Below are positions 38,801-44,800 of a DNA stretch of 64,000 nucleotides, in pieces. The first letter of the stretch is position 1. Every line of letters starts with the position of its first letter. The stretch lies in IMG/VR virus record IMGVR_UViG_3300029365_000529, positions 14,196-78,195 of that record. One strand, given 5' to 3'. The position numbers and the translations under genes were made by a program. This stretch comes from a virus. A model generated the notes under the pieces. It was not told the DNA's origin, did not search any database, and was given only the letters and a program-made list of their open reading frames with translations.

Positions 38801-41800
38801 CGAAAGATTTACCCTTCGCAAGCTTTCTCTCCTTGCGGTTGCCATCCTCGTCAAACTCATACACACCATTGCTTACTTGGCTGTAAGTAGTCAATACATA
38901 GTCATATTCGTCTGGCAGCTTTCCATTCTTTTCGATGTAATCAAGCACTCGCTTCACCTCGCTCTTCGATGGCAAAGCAAATACTACTTTTCCGTCTGAG
39001 TCGGTAATGGCAGCTTCCTTGGCGCTACCGAATACAAATGGTCTTAGGTCTGGGCTGCCAATATCCACCAAGTCACGGTAAACATCGCTCAGCAATCCTG
39101 CTGTCTTGGTGAAATATACAGGAACCTGACCCTGCTTCTTGGCGTATCTGATAAGTGAAGCAGCCTGTCTTCCCTTACCGATACCTGTCATATCTCCAAT
39201 GATGAAGGCATTGCCCTTCTTTGCCTGCTGCAAGGCAAGGGCTACAGAGTCAACCTGCTCTGCAGCAAGATGAGAATACAAATCATCCTTATCATTATAG
39301 CCCAGCTCGTCAACAAGGAACTGGTCGGCATCGCCCAACTTTTCAAGATTCTTGTTTACTGCCTCCTGCTGATCGGCAGGCATCACGGCTTTCAGAGTGA
39401 ATGGATTTCCACTCTTAGGTGTATAGGTAACTTTCTCGGTGCTTAATCCACGTACGGATTTGTCCACCCGCTGTAATTGTCCCCGTGGTCCGCTTCCGCT
39501 CCCGGCGTTGGAAGGCTCATCAGTACTTGGCTGAGCGTCATTCCGTCCAGCTCCTCCTGATCCATTTCCTCGCTGCTCATTGGTTCCAGTGGTTGGTTCT
39601 TTGCTTGGAGAAGGCTCTGTCCCTGTTCCGTCTGCTCTACTATCTCCATTAGGAAGTCCTCCATCTTGTCTTGGCTCGGTTCCTCGTTGATTTTCCAAGT
39701 CATCATGGGTTCCTGATACGGAAGTGGAGTCAAATAGGTCAGACTCTCGCTCACCATCTGGTTTGCTTCCTCCTCGTTCTCCTGCTCGTACTCTCTCTTT
39801 AGGAGTACCAGCAGCGCCTTGTTTATCAAGTTCTGGTTGAGCACTTCTTGTTTCTCCTCCGATGGAAGAATCCATCCGTTCACCTCGTAGTATATCATCT
39901 TCAATTCGTTTATAAAGTTCGTCATAATCTTTCACGGTCTCTGCTCTAGCCTTATCCTTTACTGGTGGAAAGGCATTTTCATTCAAGCGTCTTCCGTTTA
40001 TTAATATAATACGTGTAGGGTAGCTGGTTCCCTGCTTTGCATAGAGACTGCCATCCACATTAATCACGTCCTCCACATTATAGTGGCTATAGAGATAACC
40101 AAGGAAAGCCTTATCTTTCGGATTCAGACTTCCGTTCTTGGCGTATTCCGTCTTGCCGCCGACGATAATGGCTGCACGGCCATCGTCTTTCATGCTCTCC
40201 AAGGCATTGATAGCCATCTGTCCTTCCAAAGAAGAAATCTTATAGCCGTCATACTCCTTAGGGGTAGCACTACCGAATGGTGGGTTTGTTACCACCACGT
40301 CAACGTCCTTGTCTGCAAAAGGCTGAGTTCCGTCCTGACTGGTCACGTTCTTGAAGCCCTGTCTTCTCAGGTTCGCCAATCGCTGGGCATCAATATCGTT
40401 CACATGCACCTTATCCATTGGCAAGCCGATGGTAAGCATACCGTTGCCGGCACTAGGCTCCAGAGTACTCTCAATCACCTTGCCGTTACCCTTCACATAC
40501 ATATCCGCAAGGAAAGCGTAAGGGGCAGGGGTAGAGTACTGCTGCTTCATCACTCGCTCAGAATCACGCTGGTTGAGGCTAGGCTGATTCTCATAGAGTG
40601 TCTTGATGCGTTCAAACTTCACGGCATCGTTGGTTGATTCAGAAGAAGCGATACCTCTTGCTCGCTTAACAATAGCAGTCTCAGCAAGCTCCTGCAAGTC
40701 CGTGTCCTTAATATCCTTCAAGCCAACTCTTTCAGCGATTTGTCTCAGTTCAACTATTCCGTTAAACTTATGCTTGAAACCCAACTTTATGTTCACGGTA
40801 TCAATAAACTTCTTCTCAGCCATCTTTCTCTCCTCGGCAGTCTTTGAGTCACCCACCAGATTCTCCTGATGCTTAGGCGAAGTTTTCTCGTAGAAGTCAG
40901 CCCAATCCTTCAAACTCATGCGCTGCTCACCATCGCGATAGCGGATATTCATCATCTGCTCATAGATAGCATCCACGTCTTCCTTCTTAAAGAGCTTGGC
41001 AGCAGGAGCAAACTCCTTGCGCATTTCCTTCACCACGTCTTCAAGATTGTGCATACCTCTCTTGATTCTCAGATAAGCATTTTCGGCCATGGCGCTCACC
41101 AGCTTAGGCAATACTTCCAACTGTCTAGAGTTAAGACCAATAAACGAAGCGGATATTTCGTCCTTACCGGCATTCTTGAGCATATCCCAAAGGTCATTAA
41201 CCTTCTTGTTGGAAGCTGCTACTGCTGCATCGTCAGCCTTCTGCTGAGGCTTCTTCTCTGTCTCAGCCTTAGTTTTCTTCTCCTTACCAAAAGCTTCTGC
41301 TGCATTCTTGATTCCTTCCATAGGGTCAGCAGATGGTTCCGTTTTAGGAGTCTCAACCTTTGGTTCAGTCTTCTGTCCTCTGGTCTTGGCAAAGATACTT
41401 TCATAGATAGCACGATGCAAATCATCTGTCACCTCACCGTTCAGATAATCAAGAGCCATATCCTTGGATAAATCATCCACGTCAGCCTTCATGATCTCCT
41501 CCTCAGTCAGAGGATGCTCCTTCTTGAATTCCTTGGCAGCCGCCGCAATCGGGTCAAAAGTAGGGTCTGGCTTCTCTTCCTTAGGAAGGAGTGGGAGAGG
41601 TTTTTCTTTTACCTTACCGTCAACATATTCGACAACCTCATTCAGGTCGCCAAACTTCTTGCCATCATACTCATAGTATGAGCCGGTATATTCTCCCTTA
41701 TCGTTTGGCTCATCAACCTTGATAACCTCCTTGTCGCCATCAATAAGAATCTTCTGCCTTGTGATAGGACCGTTCTCAGATGGAGTTTCGGTTTCCTCGT

Positions 41801-44800
41801 CAGTAACCTTAATACGACTTTCAAGTTCTTTGTTTACTAAGTCGTCTGGTTCTTCTACTCTTGGTCGTTCTGGTTCTGTTCCTGCTTCTGCTGGTTCATT
41901 TCCTCCTGATGCTTCTTGTTGAGGTTCTTCATTGCCTGAAACATCATTGCCTCCTTCAATTTCTGAATGTCCTGTTCCATAATCTTGCCATTTTTTAAAG
42001 TTCAAATACTCATTAATTAACTCTTCCTTGGTAGGAGCTGCCTCAAACATATTGCCCTCGCCAGTATTTCTAGCCTTAGCGATGCGGTTGTATTCGTCAA
42101 GCAAATCTCTGAAATCAGAAACCTTGCCCTCCAAGGCTAAAGCCATCATCTGAGAGATAGAAGAGTAACGCTTAGCCGCATCCTCACCGAACATGTCTGG
42201 TGTTCTCAGCAGCGTATCAACCTTATTGCCACCCTGTCTTGCCTCATAGAGCAACTGTATAGCCTGATCAATCTCATCACGAAGAGAGAACTCACCCAGC
42301 TTCATGTTGTCCATTACCGAGCGGATAGCGTTGATAGCCTTATTCTTCACCGTAGAGTCGATGCCCAACATTCTGATAGTCTCTGGCTTGAAGATTGAAC
42401 CCAACAGAAGGTTCTTCACATACTCCCTGCCTTGTGCAGAAAGCCGTTCAGGACTATCCATCATCTGTGCCACCTCGTTCTGTCCGATGATGCCTTTATC
42501 TACTAACGTCTTCACCAAGTCATTTATTGCCTTGGAATTGTTAAAGAAAGCATCAAGAGAGCCATTTCCCTCAATCTCTGCAACAATCGCACCTACTTCG
42601 TCAGAAGTCAAGGTCTTAGCCTTGGCAACCGCCTGTTCGGTATTGCTCTGTGTCTTCTTCTCGTTTCTGTTGAATTTGGAGAAGGTAGCCGTATCGTATG
42701 GCAGTCTCTCATCCGTCACCAATACAAGACGTGGATGCTCGATTCCACTCTGCTCAATCTGCTCTCTGGTAAAGCCGAAGTTCTCGGCATTCTCCAAAAG
42801 GTCGTTGATGTATTCTGCGTCTGTGCCTTCCTTTGCAGCCTTCTGTCCTGCCATGGTTCTACCGTTACCATCATAAACGATACCCTCGTCAGATACCACT
42901 GGCACCTGCTCGATAGCCATACCGTTATACTTCCTAGCAATCTGGTCCGTATTCTGCTGAGCCGCCTTGTCGTGCTCATAGTCACGGTCATTCACGGTTC
43001 TGCCCTCAGCATCGGTAGGGAATCCCTCAGATTTCTTATAGCCATTGTTCACATCGTGAGAAGGAGTAAGACTTTCTGCCGGCACAATCTCATAGTGTCC
43101 CTTAATCTTTGTCTCTCCGTCAGGCAGCATTCTTGTACGCTTGTTACCCACCAGTCTTGGTGCATTCACAAACTTCTGTGCAGCCACGCTACCAGCTTCA
43201 TGTGCGCCCTCAGTCTGTTCTGTATTACCCACAGTCTCCGCAACCTTCTTGGCAGTCATAGCCTTCTTGATATTCTGAGCGTGGTCCAGCTGCTTCTTGG
43301 CAGCTTCAATAGTCTGATTCTTCAAAGTCTCCTGCTCCATGATGTCGTTAGGTTCGGCGGTATAGTCCACCTTCATCTTCTCGGCATCCTTCAAAGCCTT
43401 CTCTGCTTTCTGAATCTGTCCGTCCACTACCTTCTCGGCATTATCCCCGAAATCCTCAGTAAGAATCTCCGCACTCTGCTCAGGAGTCATTTTCTCATAG
43501 TCAGGCGTAGGTCTTCCCTTGCTGTCCGTAGCCATAGGAACATCTGAACCATCGGCAAACTTACGGGTAGGCTGAGGCTGCTCTTGTGGTACAAATTTCT
43601 CGGTTTTGGTATTATTTTCGCCCGATGCGGTATTATTTTCGCCCGATGCGGTATTATTTTCCTCATTTGTGGTATTATCTTGTGGTGCTTCCTGCTCCTT
43701 TGGCTGAGGCTTGGCAGCATCCTGCATAGCTTGCTCCTGTGCTGCCTGATTGTATGGCTCAGAGTTCTTCATCTGTAATCTCTGACGATATTCTGCAGCA
43801 AACTGGTCGATAGGCTGATTCTGAAACAGAGTAACCTCATCTGCCTTCACATAAACCATTTCCCTGGTATTAGGGTCGAAGCAGACAAGCATATCGCCGC
43901 TACCTTCCTTGGCTCTACCTGTAGTCTGGTCAAAGGCAACATCACCCGAACCAACAAGAAGTGTTCTTCCGTTGCTGTCTTGCACGTACAAAGCTTGCTC
44001 GCCATTCATCGGCTGGCCATTCAATGTTCCGTGATAGCTCCAATCAGAAATAAAGCTCTTCACATTTTCCTCTATGACATCAGCAGTAGCTTCCTGCATA
44101 CCCTGCACTCTAGCGTTCGCATTAATATATTGGGCAAGTGGGGTCAACTCTTCTTGGGTCAATCCATTCTGAATGAGTGCATCGTAAATCTGTGCCGGTG
44201 TCAAGCCCTGCTGGTGCAATTTCTCAAATGTTTGCTTGAACACATCGTTGCTATCCATTGCTTCATCAACCGCCTGTTCTGCATTCCGAAGGTTGCGCAA
44301 CTCATCAACTACCACGCCGCTATCCGGGTTGTCCGTTCCCAGACTATGCTCCTCGGCAACCGTCTTGCCTTGGCTGGCAGACTGGTCTGCGTGTGGTCTC
44401 CAGCTAGGAAAAAGCTCATCTTCGAGTGCTCTCTTCACATGATAGAAGATTCTGTTCTCCTCATCGGTACGCTTCATTGGGTCCTTGCGCATGATTTTGT
44501 CAATATCAATAACAATGCTTCCTTCTTTACCAAGAATTTCTTTGATAGAAGCCATGAAGTTATTAGTATAGCCTCTGCTTTCTGATCTGAGGTAGCCAAG
44601 CAAACCGTTTTTGTCCGCATACTTCTCCCAGTCAAGATAGAGCGCACTCTTCTGGTTGCGCAACTCATTAATCAGTCGGGCATTATTCGGGTCTGTAATA
44701 TCCTTATTCTCGTCATATCCGTTTTCTTTAAGAAATCTAAACGCTAGATTAGTGACAGTTCCATCATCATCTAAGAACTGCATATCCTTCATTCTTGCAT

